A DNA stretch of 64,000 bases from an uncultured candidate division WPS-2 bacterium. GTDB lineage: Bacteria; Vulcanimicrobiota; Vulcanimicrobiia; Vulcanimicrobiales; Vulcanimicrobiaceae. Made by a program: the position numbers and the translations under genes. Below are positions 37,052-47,137 of this stretch, one piece after another. Numbering within the stretch: position 1 is the first letter of the stretch; every line of letters starts with the position of its first letter. The stretch is taken from contig CALEYW010000092.1 in the NCBI GenBank assembly GCA_937927945.1, positions 25,469 through 89,468 of the forward strand, written 5' to 3'. The notes under the pieces are model-generated. The model ran no database searches and was not told where the DNA came from. It saw only the letters and a program-made list of their open reading frames with translations.

Positions 37052-38323
37052 CTAGTCGTATGCTCGGCGGAACGTCGCGTACATGTGCGGATAATCGCGG
37101 TAGAACCAATTGCGGAAGCTGCGCCGCACGAGCGTCGACGCGGTGACGGGCGAGGCCCCTTTCATCACGAAGTGCAAGCCGTCGAAAAAGTCCGCCGAAT
37201 AGAGCGGGTACGATGCCATCGGCTCGAAGCCGGGCAGCGGCGCGAACGGCGTCGAGGTCCACTCCCAGCCGTTGCCGACGAGGTCTTCGACTCCCCAGGC
37301 GCTCGCACCGGCGGGCGACGAACCGACGGGTTCGGGATCGAAACGGCGCCAGCCGAAGTTGCCGTGCCGCGCGGGGTCGGGCGCGTCGCTGCCCCAGGGA
37401 TGCGGACGTTCGTCGCCGTCCGGCGTGCCGAACGCCGCGCGATGATATTCCGCCTCGGTCATCAACCGCGCGCCGCTCCAGCGCGCGAACGCGGTCGCCC
37501 CTTCCTGCGTCGCGTAGACGGGCCACGACTGCGGCAGCGGCAGATCGTCGAAGACACCACGCAGCATCCACATTCCGTCGCGTTCGAACCAGTTCGACGG
37601 CGGCGGGCCGCCGTCGCGCACGAAGGCGAGATAGTCACCGTTCGTCACGTCGTACGCGTCAACGCCGAACGCGCCGGCCTCGACCACCGTCTCGTCGAAC
37701 TCGTTGTCCCACGCGAACGGGAGCGCATCGCGGCGCGCGCCGATGGTTGCGCGGCCGGCGGGAATCGCGATAGGTTCGCGTCGCGGTGCAGCTGTGTCAC
37801 GGTGCTCCTGCCGCGGGCCGCGCTGTTTCTCGCGCGCGAGCCGGTGCAGGATGTAGGTGAACGTCTCGTGGTGCATGTCTTCGTGCTCGAGAACGTTGTA
37901 TGCCGCTTGCGCACGGACAAGCCTCGGGTTGGCAGGATCGTCCAGCTGCGCGTGTGCGAACGCATCGAAGATCGCGGCGTCGCAGGCGCCGGTGAAGGCC
38001 TGGATCTGGGCGCGCGTCGGCCAAGCTGCGCGCTTGTGCTGCGCCGCAACGGTCAGATCGCGCGGATCGATCCCTCGGTTGAACAAGCGCTCGTAGTCCG
38101 GATTGACCGACGGACGTCCGAGGGCGTCGCGCACGAGCGTGATGAAGGCGAAGCCCGGGATGTGTCCGTCGTAGAAGACGAACGGGTGGCGCAGCGGGAT
38201 CGGCGCGTCTTCATACGCGTCGGGCGCGATGGCGGCGAAGAGGTCGGCGGTCCGTCGGCGGTTTGCGCGGTAGCGCGACGCCATGGCTTCCCGATCGAGG
38301 CTGGCGGCAGCGAGCGTGTCCAC
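37052..38323 (-). CDS. EgtB-like sulfoxide synthase (DinB_2 + FGE-sulfatase domains; SUMF1/EgtB/PvdO family non-haem iron enzyme)
   Basis: The N-terminal DinB-like part has the metal motif 'LEHEDMHHETF'. The C-terminal part has 'GNGWEWTSTPFAPLPGF' and 'VMKGASPVT...RRSFRNWF' as in EgtB/OvoA. No egtD-like methyltransferase is in the window. Confidence 0.75.
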   Translation of the reverse strand: MDTLAAASLDREAMASRYRANRRRTADLFAAIAPDAYEDAPIPLRHPFVFYDGHIPGFAFITLVRDALGRPSVNPDYERLFNRGIDPRDLTVAAQHKRAAWPTRAQIQAFTGACDAAIFDAFAHAQLDDPANPRLVRAQAAYNVLEHEDMHHETFTYILHRLAREKQRGPRQEHRDTAAPRREPIAIPAGRATIGARRDALPFAWDNEFDETVVEAGAFGVDAYDVTNGDYLAFVRDGGPPPSNWFERDGMWMLRGVFDDLPLPQSWPVYATQEGATAFARWSGARLMTEAEYHRAAFGTPDGDERPHPWGSDAPDPARHGNFGWRRFDPEPVGSSPAGASAWGVEDLVGNGWEWTSTPFAPLPGFEPMASYPLYSADFFDGLHFVMKGASPVTASTLVRRSFRNWFYRDYPHMYATFRRAYD

Positions 38324-38333
38324 GCTCGCGCAT

Positions 38334-41249
38334 TTACCCTACTGGGGTCGCGATCCCGCGTCCGGCCAAGAAGACCCCCACCTGCTCGACCGTCATCGGG
38401 CGGGCGAAGAGGAAGCCTTGCACTCGGTCGCAGCGTTCCTGGCGTAGGAAGGCGAGCTGCTCGATCGTCTCGACCCCTTCCGCACACACCTCGAGGCCCA
38501 GACTGTGGGCCATCGCGATCACCGTCCGCACGATCGTCGCGTCTTCGGGTTCCACCAATATGTCGCGAACGAACGACTTGTCGACCTTGAGACAGTCCAG
38601 GCGGAAGCGGCGCAGGTAGCCCAGCGACGAGTACCCGGTACCGAAATCGTCGACGGCGCGGCGGATGCCGATGCGCCCTAATTCCTCGAGGATCTGCACC
38701 GAGAGCGCCGCGTCGCTCATGGCGACCGACTCGGTGATCTCCACCTCGAGATGCCCGGGCTGGATGCCGGTCCGGTCGAGCACGTCGCGCACCTTGGCGG
38801 CCAGGCTGGGTTGGTGGAATTGCCGTCCCGACAGGTTGACGGCGAGGCGCAGCTCGGGAACCTGCCGCTGCCACAGGCGGAGCTGGTTGCATGCCGTTTC
38901 CAGCACCCACTCGCCGAGCGCGACGATCAGCCCGCTCATCTCGGCATTCGGGATGAAGTCGTCGGGCTGCACCAGGCCGAGCTCTGGGTGCTGCCAGCGG
39001 ACGAGCGCTTCCAGCGCGACGACCCGCTCGCCGGTGATGTCGAATTGCGGCTGGTAGTGGATCACGAACTCGTCGCGGTCCAGCGCTTTGCGCAGCAGCT
39101 TCTCCTGCGCGATACGTGTCTGCAGCGACGCTCCGAGCGCCGGGTTGAAGAACTGGTGCGTGTTGCGGCCGCGCTCTTTCGCGCGGTACATCGCGACGTC
39201 GGCATTTTTCACGAGCTCGTCGACGTCGTCGCCGTCGTCCGGGTAGACCGCGATCCCGATCGACGTCGTGACGAACTGTTCGTGGCCGTCGATGGTCAAC
39301 GGCTGATCGATCGCCGCGACGATCCGCTGCGCCAGCGTGTCCAACCGTGCCGTCGTCGGGTCGCCGGGGATCAGCACGATGAACTCGTCGCCGCCCATGC
39401 GCGCGACGAGCCCGTCGCCGGCGACGACGGCGGTGAGCCGGTCGCCGATCGACCGCAGCAGACGATCGCCCAAGGCGTGGCCGAGCGTGTCGTTGATGTC
39501 CTTGAAGCGATCGAGGTCGAGAAACATTACGGCGACGCGGGCGTGACCGTCGCGGGCACGGTTGAGCTCGTCGCGCAGGCGCTCGGTGAACCAGGTTCGA
39601 TTCGGCAGCGTGGTGAGCTGGTCGTTGTAGGCAAGATGCTTCAGCCGCGCGCGCGATCGGCTGCGCTCGATCGCCGAACCGACCAGCGCTCCCATCAGCC
39701 GCACGAGGTCGCGGTCGCTGGCGGTGAAGGGAACCTCGCGCGGCCGCTCGGCCGCGAAGGAAAGCGCGCCGTAGCGCGCACCGGCGACTTCGATCGCGGT
39801 ACCGATGTACGCGAGCGGGGCAGTCTCACCAGGTTCCGGCGCCGAGAGATCGCGCAAGCCCACCAGGTCCTCGAGCGCGAGCGCGCCGTCGGTCGCGAGC
39901 GAGAGGCGAGCCAGTTTGCGCGGAATTCCCACCCCGACCATCGCGATCGTGCGGTCGGCCTCCGCGTCGTAGATCGCGCCCGACGTCATCCGCAGCAGAC
40001 GGCAGCCGGCGTCGATCGTCGCCGCGATCTGGTTCTCGGCGGTTGCGTTCGCTCCGGCGGCGACGAGGTACAGCTCGCGCAGCCGGTCGTTCTGTTCCGC
40101 CACCGCGCGCTCGGCGAACCGGATCGCGCTGAGGTCGCGGAAGAGCAGGTGGACGCCCGCGATCTCGTTGCGGAAGAAGAGCGGAATCATCGTGGCGAGC
40201 ACCGGGTACCGCGTACCGTCCGCGCGCAAGGCGTCGACTTCGATGCTGGACGCACGTCCGGCCGTCGCGCGATAGAACACTTCGCGCGCATCGCGGACGT
40301 CGGCGTCCGCGATCAGTTCGGCGACCGAGCAGCCGATCAGCGACGCGCCCCCGCGCCGCTCGCGAATCGCCGCCGCGTTCGCGCGCGTCACCACGCCGTC
40401 GAGCGAGAGGGCCAGCATCGCGTCCGGACTCTCTTCGAACAGCGAACGGAAGCGTTCCTCGCTCTCCAGCGCCGAGGCGCGGGTCGCGACCAGATCGCTC
40501 ACGTCGTCGATCAGCGAAACGACCTGAACCGTACCGTCGACCGGGATCGTCGAGCTGAACCAGCGGCAGTTGATGAGCCGGCCGTCGCGAGTCACGTTCC
40601 GATGTTCGTTGATCGAGGTGCCGCTGCCGGCGAGCAGCTCGTGAACGGCGCGCAGCACGCCGCCCGTGTCGTCACCGTAGACGAGTCCGATCTCGGCAAA
40701 CGTCTTGCCGCACACCTCGTCGGGGCGCCAGCCGAAGATCGCTTCCGCGCGCGCCGACCATTCGACGATGCGGTGGTCGGCGGCCCAGCGAACGAAGCCG
40801 AGCGAAGTGTTGTCGGTATACGCCTGGAGCAGCCGCTGCGCGAACTGCAGTTCGCGGCGCAGCCAGTCCGCGTCGCTCGGCCAGGTGCCGTCGGCTTCGC
40901 GATGGAGGTTGACGCCGACAACGTCCTGGCCGGGGAGCCGGTTCGTGACGAGCGTGTACCGGTCGTCGCCCTCGAACGGCAGCAGGCCGGACGAAAAGAC
41001 GCGTCCCTCGAGGAACGCGCGGCCCAGCAGCGGATCGATCACGTCCGCGGCGCGGGCGGAGAACTCCCGCAAGCGCCGGCCGGCCAAGTCGACCGGCGCT
41101 TGCGCCCCGAAGAGCCTGGCGGCGGGCAGGTTGAGCGCGACGAGCCGGTGCTCGCGGTCGAAGGCGAGCAGTGCGTCGTACCAGCCGTCGGCGAAACGTT
41201 GCCAGAGGTCCACGTACAGGAAAGTTCGGCCATCGGCGCCTGTTTCCAC
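38334..41249 (-). CDS. Multi-PAS/GAF sensor with GGDEF and EAL domains (diguanylate cyclase/phosphodiesterase)
   Basis: '[10 protein letters not shown]' (GGDEF) and 'EALVRW...[10 protein letters not shown]...KVDKSFV' (EAL) are present, preceded by about 550 aa of PAS/GAF-like sensor modules. Confidence 0.85.
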   Translation of the reverse strand: METGADGRTFLYVDLWQRFADGWYDALLAFDREHRLVALNLPAARLFGAQAPVDLAGRRLREFSARAADVIDPLLGRAFLEGRVFSSGLLPFEGDDRYTLVTNRLPGQDVVGVNLHREADGTWPSDADWLRRELQFAQRLLQAYTDNTSLGFVRWAADHRIVEWSARAEAIFGWRPDEVCGKTFAEIGLVYGDDTGGVLRAVHELLAGSGTSINEHRNVTRDGRLINCRWFSSTIPVDGTVQVVSLIDDVSDLVATRASALESEERFRSLFEESPDAMLALSLDGVVTRANAAAIRERRGGASLIGCSVAELIADADVRDAREVFYRATAGRASSIEVDALRADGTRYPVLATMIPLFFRNEIAGVHLLFRDLSAIRFAERAVAEQNDRLRELYLVAAGANATAENQIAATIDAGCRLLRMTSGAIYDAEADRTIAMVGVGIPRKLARLSLATDGALALEDLVGLRDLSAPEPGETAPLAYIGTAIEVAGARYGALSFAAERPREVPFTASDRDLVRLMGALVGSAIERSRSRARLKHLAYNDQLTTLPNRTWFTERLRDELNRARDGHARVAVMFLDLDRFKDINDTLGHALGDRLLRSIGDRLTAVVAGDGLVARMGGDEFIVLIPGDPTTARLDTLAQRIVAAIDQPLTIDGHEQFVTTSIGIAVYPDDGDDVDELVKNADVAMYRAKERGRNTHQFFNPALGASLQTRIAQEKLLRKALDRDEFVIHYQPQFDITGERVVALEALVRWQHPELGLVQPDDFIPNAEMSGLIVALGEWVLETACNQLRLWQRQVPELRLAVNLSGRQFHQPSLAAKVRDVLDRTGIQPGHLEVEITESVAMSDAALSVQILEELGRIGIRRAVDDFGTGYSSLGYLRRFRLDCLKVDKSFVRDILVEPEDATIVRTVIAMAHSLGLEVCAEGVETIEQLAFLRQERCDRVQGFLFARPMTVEQVGVFLAGRGIATPVG

Positions 41250-41280
41250 AGCAGGAACGCGTAGGTGAGCCCGGGGGATG

Positions 41281-42714
41281 TCAGACGCTCAGGTATGATC
41301 GCAGTCCGGCGAGCCCGCCCTCGCGGCCGAACCCCGACTCGCGATAGCCGCCGAAGGGCGAGCTGGGATCGAATTGGTTGAACGTCGAGCACCAGACGAC
41401 GCCCGCCTGCAGCCGCTGCGCGACGTACATCGACTTGGCGCCCTTGTCGGTCCACACGCCGGCGGAGAGTCCGTAGGGCGTGTTGTTCGCCTTCTCGATC
41501 GCCTCGTCGGCGGTGCGGAAGGTCATCACCGAGAGGACGGGGCCGAAGATCTCCTCGCGCGCGATGCGATGCGATTGCGAGACTCCGGTGAAGAACGACG
41601 CGCGGAAGAAGAACCCGCGCTCCGGAAGCGCGCAGGACTGCTGGTGCAGCACCGCGCCTTCGGCGACGCCGCTCGCGACCAGTTCGGCGATCTTGGCGTG
41701 CTGGGCGGCGGAGTTGATCGCGCCGATGTCGGTGTTCTTGTCGAGCGGATCGCCCACGCGCAGCGTCTCGATGCGTGCCTTGAGCTTCGCGACGACCTCG
41801 TCGTGCACCGACTCCTGGACCAGCAAGCGCGAGCCCGCACAGCAGACGTGACCTTGGTTGAAGTAGATGCCGTTGACCACGCCTTCGATCGCCTGGTCGA
41901 GCGGCGCGTCGGCGAAGACTATGTTGGCCGCCTTCCCGCCGAGTTCGAGCGTGAGGCGCTTGCGCGATCCGGCCAGGGTGCGCCCGATCACCTTGCCGAC
42001 CTCGGTCGACCCGGTGAAGGCGATCTTGTCGACTCCCGCATGAGCGACCAGCGCGGCGCCGGTCGCCCCGTCGCCGGTGACGATGTTGACGACGCCCGGC
42101 GGGAGCTCGGCCTCTTCGCAGATCCGTGCCAGGAGCAGCGCGGTGAGGGGCGTCGTTTCGGCCGGCTTGAGCACGACCGTGTTTCCGCAAGCGATCGCCG
42201 GTGCGATCTTCCACGCCGCCATGAGCAGCGGGAAATTCCACGGCACGATCGACCCTACGACGCCGAGTGGAGCCGGATCCGGCGACCCGGCGACGGCGTA
42301 GCGCAGCTTGTCGGCCCAGCCCGCGTAATAGAAGAAGTTCGCCGCCGCTTGAACGACGTCGAAATCGCGCGACTCCTTGATCGGCTTGCCGCCGTCTTTG
42401 GATTCCAGCACCGCCAGCTCGCGCGAACGCTCGGTGATCGCGCGGGCGATCCGGTAGACGTACTTCGCCCGATCGGCCGGACGCATCGGTTTCCAGATGC
42501 GCTCGTACGCCTCGCGCGCAGCGGCGACGGCGCGGTCCACGTCCTCGGGTGTCCCGACGGCCACCTGCGCGAGCTCCGCCTCGCTCGCCGGATCGATCGT
42601 GGTGAAGGTTTCGCCGCCCGACGACGGGGCCCATCGGCCTCCGATGTAGTGGTCGTAGCGCGGCGCGATGTGGACCGGCGTGGTTTCCAGGGACGGAGCG
42701 TAGGCGAGAGCCAT
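41281..42714 (-). CDS. NAD(P)-dependent aldehyde dehydrogenase, full length
   Basis: Motifs seen: '[17 protein letters not shown]', 'FTGSTEVGK', '[11 protein letters not shown]', catalytic '[11 protein letters not shown]' and 'EEIFGPV'. Confidence 0.9.
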   Translation of the reverse strand: MALAYAPSLETTPVHIAPRYDHYIGGRWAPSSGGETFTTIDPASEAELAQVAVGTPEDVDRAVAAAREAYERIWKPMRPADRAKYVYRIARAITERSRELAVLESKDGGKPIKESRDFDVVQAAANFFYYAGWADKLRYAVAGSPDPAPLGVVGSIVPWNFPLLMAAWKIAPAIACGNTVVLKPAETTPLTALLLARICEEAELPPGVVNIVTGDGATGAALVAHAGVDKIAFTGSTEVGKVIGRTLAGSRKRLTLELGGKAANIVFADAPLDQAIEGVVNGIYFNQGHVCCAGSRLLVQESVHDEVVAKLKARIETLRVGDPLDKNTDIGAINSAAQHAKIAELVASGVAEGAVLHQQSCALPERGFFFRASFFTGVSQSHRIAREEIFGPVLSVMTFRTADEAIEKANNTPYGLSAGVWTDKGAKSMYVAQRLQAGVVWCSTFNQFDPSSPFGGYRESGFGREGGLAGLRSYLSV

Positions 42715-42745
42715 GCGCCGGAGTTCGGCGTAGGTCGCGCGGTTA

Positions 42746-45112
42746 CTACCGCCGGCCTTCAGGGCCGGCTGACCCGTCGCCCGGCAGCCAGCGGTTCAAG
42801 ATCGCGCGCAGATCGGCGAGCGCCACGGGCTTGGCCACGTAGTCGTCCATCCCGGCCGCCAGGCATGCCTCGCGGTCTTCGCCCTGCGCGTTGGCCGTCA
42901 TCGCGACGATGATCGTGTGCGTGCGCGTGCGCAGCTCGGCTCGGCGGATGGCAGTCGTGGCGTCGTAGCCGTCGAGGACCGGCATCTGCACGTCCATGAA
43001 GATCAAGTCCAGCCGCTCGCGAGCGTGCGCCGCGACGGCTTCGGCGCCGTTCGCGACGACGAGCGGCTCAAAGCCGAGCCGCTCGAGCTGGCGCGTGGCC
43101 AGCCGCTGGTTGACCGGGTTGTCTTCGACGATCATCACGCGCTCCGCGCGCGTCGCCGCCCGCGGGTCGGTCGTGCGAGACGCCGGCGGGACCACGCCGT
43201 TGTATACGACGTCGGCGATCGCGTCGTAGAGCGACGACTGCGTCGCCGGCTTGACCAGAAACGCGCCGAAACCAGCGGCCCGCGCGCGGATCGCGAGCGC
43301 CCCGTCGTCGTGCGCGGCGATCATCACGAGGCCGGTCCGATCCAGCAGCGGGTGCGCACGGATGGCGCGCCCGAGCGAGAGCCCGTCGGTGCTTCCCAGC
43401 GCGTAGTCGATCAGCACGTTGTCGTACGGCTCACCGCGCTCGGCAGCCGAGCTCAAGAGCCGGATCGCCGTCGCGGCGTCGCCGACCTTGTGCGCGTGAA
43501 CGCCCCATCCTTCGAGGGTGCGCCGCAGCAATTCGAGCGTGTGCGGATCGTCTTCGACGACCAGCGTCCGCGTGCCGCGCAGGTCGCGCGCGGGCGGCGC
43601 AGTCCCGCCGGTGCGGCTGCGCGCGAACGGAATCGTGAACCAGAATGTCGAGCCGCGCCCGGGGAGGCTCGTCACGTCGATCTCACCCTCCATGAGGCGC
43701 ACCAGGCGGCGGGTGATCGTGAGGCCGAGCCCCGAGCCGCCGAAGCGGCGCGTCGTCGACATGTCGGCTTGGCGAAACGGTTCGAACAGCAGCGCGAGAA
43801 CCTCAGGCTGGATGCCGATCCCGGTGTCGCTGATCGAAAAGCGCAGCGTGATCGTCGCGTCCGCTGCCGACTGGACCGTGATGACCGCGACGACGCTGCC
43901 GCGGTCGGTGAATTTCACCGCGTTGGAGAACAGGTTCAGCAGGATCTGACGGAGCCGTAGCGGATCGCCGACGACGAAGCGCGGTACGTCGGCATCGACG
44001 TACGTCATCAGCTCGATGTGCTTGGCATGCGCCTGCGGCGCGAGGACCGCGGCGACCGACTCGACGAGTGGAGCGATTTCGATGTCGGCGTGCTCGAGTT
44101 CCAAACGGCCCGCGTCGATCTTCGAGTAGTCCAGGACGTCGTTGATCACGCCGAGCAGCGTCTGTCCGGAGTCGCGAATCGTCTGCACGAACTCCTGCTG
44201 TTCGCGGTCGAGCTGCGTGCCGAGCAGCAGTTCCGACATGCCGATGACGCCGTTCATCGGCGTGCGGATCTCGTGGCTCATCGTGGCCACGAAGTCCGAC
44301 TTCGCGCGCGAGGCTTCTTCGGCGTCGGCGAGCGCTGTGCGCAGCTGCGCCTGGCGCGCCCGAATCGTATGCGCCATCCCGCGCAGCGTGTCGTCGAGCC
44401 GCGCGATTTCATCGTTTCCCGGGACGCCCTCGTCATCGGCGATGTCGTCGCCGCGCATGTACGCGCGGGCGTGCGCTTCGACCCGTTCGATCCGGCGCGC
44501 AAGCGCTCGGCTGGCGGCGAGCGCGATCGCGAGCGTCGCGACGACGCCGAGCAATGCGACGAGCGGGAGGCCGACGAACACGAACCGCCAGAGCGGGACG
44601 AGTCTCTCCCGGCCGAGCCGCTGGCGGGTGCGGACGACCGCGTCGAAGGCGGCCTTCGCGGAGCGGAACTCGGCGGTCAGCCGTTCCCCAAGCGCGGTCG
44701 CGCCGAGCGTGCGCACCGTGTCGATGTGGTTGCCGTGGACCGCGGCGACGTACTCGTCGAGATTTACGGCTTCCGCGTCGGTCAAGCGCTGCATCCGCAC
44801 GAGCGCGTCGCGGACCGGCCCCCGCTCGGCCGCAGTGACCGCGCGCAGCACCGCCTCCCGCTCGTCGATGGCGCGCCGGGCCTGCTCGAACGGTCCGCGG
44901 TCGCCCGTCAGCACGTATCGCCGCACCCCGTTCTGCGCGTCCCGCAGAGCGATCAGCACGCCGTCGGACGCTTCGAGCTCGATCGACGCGATGCGCGCCA
45001 GGTTTTCGTTCGTCTGGGTCTGGAACGCGACGAAGGCCCCGGCCACGACCAGAACGAGCAGGGGCAGCAACGGCACCGAAGCGACTGCCGTGAGGCGAGT
45101 GCGAAGCGTCAT
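42746..45112 (-). CDS. Hybrid sensor histidine kinase (CHASE3-like sensor, HAMP, HisKA, HATPase, two receiver domains)
   Basis: The H-box is '[15 protein letters not shown]'. The N/G boxes are 'LFSNAVKFT' and 'DTGIGI...GGSGLGLTI'. Two REC domains follow ('LVVEDD...', '[11 protein letters not shown]...[10 protein letters not shown]'). The N-terminal TM is followed by a CHASE3-like helix region. Confidence 0.85.
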   Translation of the reverse strand: MTLRTRLTAVASVPLLPLLVLVVAGAFVAFQTQTNENLARIASIELEASDGVLIALRDAQNGVRRYVLTGDRGPFEQARRAIDEREAVLRAVTAAERGPVRDALVRMQRLTDAEAVNLDEYVAAVHGNHIDTVRTLGATALGERLTAEFRSAKAAFDAVVRTRQRLGRERLVPLWRFVFVGLPLVALLGVVATLAIALAASRALARRIERVEAHARAYMRGDDIADDEGVPGNDEIARLDDTLRGMAHTIRARQAQLRTALADAEEASRAKSDFVATMSHEIRTPMNGVIGMSELLLGTQLDREQQEFVQTIRDSGQTLLGVINDVLDYSKIDAGRLELEHADIEIAPLVESVAAVLAPQAHAKHIELMTYVDADVPRFVVGDPLRLRQILLNLFSNAVKFTDRGSVVAVITVQSAADATITLRFSISDTGIGIQPEVLALLFEPFRQADMSTTRRFGGSGLGLTITRRLVRLMEGEIDVTSLPGRGSTFWFTIPFARSRTGGTAPPARDLRGTRTLVVEDDPHTLELLRRTLEGWGVHAHKVGDAATAIRLLSSAAERGEPYDNVLIDYALGSTDGLSLGRAIRAHPLLDRTGLVMIAAHDDGALAIRARAAGFGAFLVKPATQSSLYDAIADVVYNGVVPPASRTTDPRAATRAERVMIVEDNPVNQRLATRQLERLGFEPLVVANGAEAVAAHARERLDLIFMDVQMPVLDGYDATTAIRRAELRTRTHTIIVAMTANAQGEDREACLAAGMDDYVAKPVALADLRAILNRWLPGDGSAGPEGRR

Positions 45113-45139
45113 CGCGGCGCCGCGGTCACGCGTGCGTTC

Positions 45140-46024
45140 TCAATCTCTGGCGATGTAGTCGAGCGAACCGTAGCGGCCCGTCGCAAGTTTTTCGCGCTGC
45201 AGCAACAGATCGTCGAGCAGCGCGGAGGCGCCGATGCGGAAGAGGCCGGGTGCGAGCCACGGATCGCCGAGGGTTTCGTCCAGCAGCACGAGATACGCGA
45301 TCGCCGCCTTCGTGTTGCGTACGCCGCCCGCGACTTTGAGTCCGCGCCGCTCGCCGGTCCGCTGCGCGAAGTCCCGGATCGCCTCGGCCATGACGAGCGC
45401 CGTCGCCAGGGTCGCCGAGGTGCCGATCTTCCCGGTCGAGGTCTTGATCACGTCGGCACCCGCCTCGAGCGCGAGGTCCGACGCGCGCCGCGTCGCGTCG
45501 TACGACCCGAGTTCGCCGGTCTCCAAGATCGCCTTGAGATGGATCGGCCCGCACAGCGACTTGACCGCCGCGATCTCGGCGAACACGCGCGCTTCGTCGC
45601 CGGCCAGAAACGCACCGCGATCGATCACCATGTCGATCTCGTCGGCCCCGGCGCTCAGCGCCGCCTCGGTGTCGCGCAGCCGCACGTCGAGCGAGGAGAG
45701 ACCGCTCGGAAACGCCGTGGCGACCGAGGCGACCAACACGGCGGTGCCGCGCAGCGCATCCTTCGCGACGGCGACCAGGCTCGGATAGACGCAGACAGCT
45801 GCGACCTGCGGCGCCCCGGGCGCCGGATAGGCGGCCTTGGCGCACAGCGAGCGCACACGGCCCGGCGAGTCACGCCCTTCAAGCGTCGTGAGGTCGATGC
45901 AGCGAATGGCAAGGTCGATCGCGGCCAGCTTGGCCTCGTTCTTGATCGACCGCTTGGCGAAGCCGGCGGCGCGCGATTCGAGCATCACCGCGTCGACCGT
46001 CCGGGACGCCGAGAGAAGGGGCAT
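45140..46024 (-). CDS. deoC: Deoxyribose-phosphate aldolase (long form)
   Basis: 'IDLTTL', 'VCVYP', 'EIDMVI', the Schiff-base Lys context 'DVIKTSTGK' and 'LKVAGGVR' are present. Confidence 0.85.
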   Translation of the reverse strand: MPLLSASRTVDAVMLESRAAGFAKRSIKNEAKLAAIDLAIRCIDLTTLEGRDSPGRVRSLCAKAAYPAPGAPQVAAVCVYPSLVAVAKDALRGTAVLVASVATAFPSGLSSLDVRLRDTEAALSAGADEIDMVIDRGAFLAGDEARVFAEIAAVKSLCGPIHLKAILETGELGSYDATRRASDLALEAGADVIKTSTGKIGTSATLATALVMAEAIRDFAQRTGERRGLKVAGGVRNTKAAIAYLVLLDETLGDPWLAPGLFRIGASALLDDLLLQREKLATGRYGSLDYIARD

Positions 46025-46054
46025 GGCCCTCCACGTTCGAGAAGGTCGCTCGGC

Positions 46055-46147
46055 GTGACCTCGTACCGTGCGCCGCTCGACGGCATTCGCGTCCTGGAGC
46101 TCGGCTCGTCCGTCGCGGGTCCTGCCGCCATCGGAGGTCCCTCATAG
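46055..46147 (+). pseudogene. 5' fragment of a family-III (CaiB/BaiF/Frc-type) CoA-transferase gene
   Basis: A GTG start lies behind GAGAAGG. The fragment encodes 'VTSYRAPLDGIRVLELGSSVAGPAA', the canonical N-terminus of family-III CoA-transferases, then stops after about 30 codons. Confidence 0.35.
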
Positions 46148-46152
46148 CGGCG

Positions 46153-46500
46153 ATCGTCGCGTTCACCAACGTGACGAAGACGTTCGAGAGCGGCTATACC
46201 GCGTTGCGCGACGTGCAGCTCGAGGTCGCTCCGCGGCGTTTCGTCGCCTTGGTCGGACCCTCGGGCTGCGGAAAGTCGACGACGCTTGCGCTCGTGGCCG
46301 GGTTGGATTCGCCGACCGCCGGCACCGTCAGCGTGCGCGGAAAGCCGGTCGACGGAATCACCGACTCGGTTGGGTTCCTGTTCCAGCGCGACGCGCTCTT
46401 GCCGTGGAAGACCGTGCGCGACAACGTGATGCTCCCGCTGCAGCTGCGCGGCGTCGCCGCCGCACAAGCGCGCGAGCGAACGGCGGAGTGGATCGACCGG
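46153..46500 (+). pseudogene. N-terminal fragment of a NitT/TauT-type ABC transporter ATPase
   Basis: 'FTNVTKTFESGYTALRDVQLEV...VALVGPSGCGKSTTL...FLFQRDALLPWKTVRDNV' covers Walker A and the Q-loop. Recognisable sequence ends near 46500. There is no signature motif or Walker B. Confidence 0.5.
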
Positions 46501-47114
46501 CGTCACGTCGATCGGCTCCGCGACCCACGTGTTGGCGCTCTATATGGGAAAACGCGCCGGCCTCCGCAAGGACGACTTGAAGATCGTCGGCGTCGGCGGC
46601 GGCGCGACGATGATCTCGGCGCTCGCCGGCAGCCAGGTCGACGCCGCGTACGGCAACGACCCCTACGCCACGACGCTGATCAAGACCGGGCGCGGCGTGC
46701 AGTGGGTCGGCCTCTACACCGCCGCCGACACGCGCAAGTGGCTGGGCTTCAGCGAGTACTGCTTCACCGGCGCGCTGACGCGCGCAGACGTGATTGCGAA
46801 GAGTTCGGAGCGGACGCAGAAGATCGTCAACGCCTTGGTCCGCGCGCAGAAGTTCATGGCGACCCACACCTCGGCCCAGATCGCCGCGGCGCTGCCCGAC
46901 GAATTTCGCGGCGGGACGCCGGCGGCGGATTGGGCCGCGTCGTACAGCCACTCGCGTCCCGCGTACACTCAGTACGGTGAGATCGGGATCGACGGCGTTC
47001 GCGCGAACATCGAAGCGAACGGCTACTTCCTGGGTCAGCCCTCGCAGCGTCGACCCGGCCAAACTCTTCGACAACGCGTTCGTCGAGAAAGCCGCCCGCA
47101 CGGTCAAGGCGTAG
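46496..47114 (+). pseudogene. C-terminal fragment of an NMT1/SsuA-type ABC substrate-binding protein, also frameshifted
   Basis: The fragment begins mid-protein ('SIGSATHVLALYMGKRAGLRKDDLKIVGVGGG...QVDAAYGNDPY'). The natural C-terminus 'VDPAKLFDNAFVEKAARTVKA*' is in another frame from about 47045. There is no N-terminus or signal peptide. Confidence 0.5.
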
Positions 47115-47137
47115 CGCCTCGGGCGTGCGTCGCCGCA

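Noticed and set aside
38751-41264. 837-aa + strand ORF opposite the GGDEF-EAL gene. Similar long antisense ORFs occur at 44018-46147, 26663-28669, 30108-32072, 35444-36835, 56831-58702, 9586-11055 and 12423-14279.
   Set aside because: Each lies opposite a gene with clear family motifs. Each has low-complexity Arg/Ala/Gly/Pro composition and no recognisable domains. The exception is the last 30 codons of 44018-46147, reported separately as a CoA-transferase fragment.
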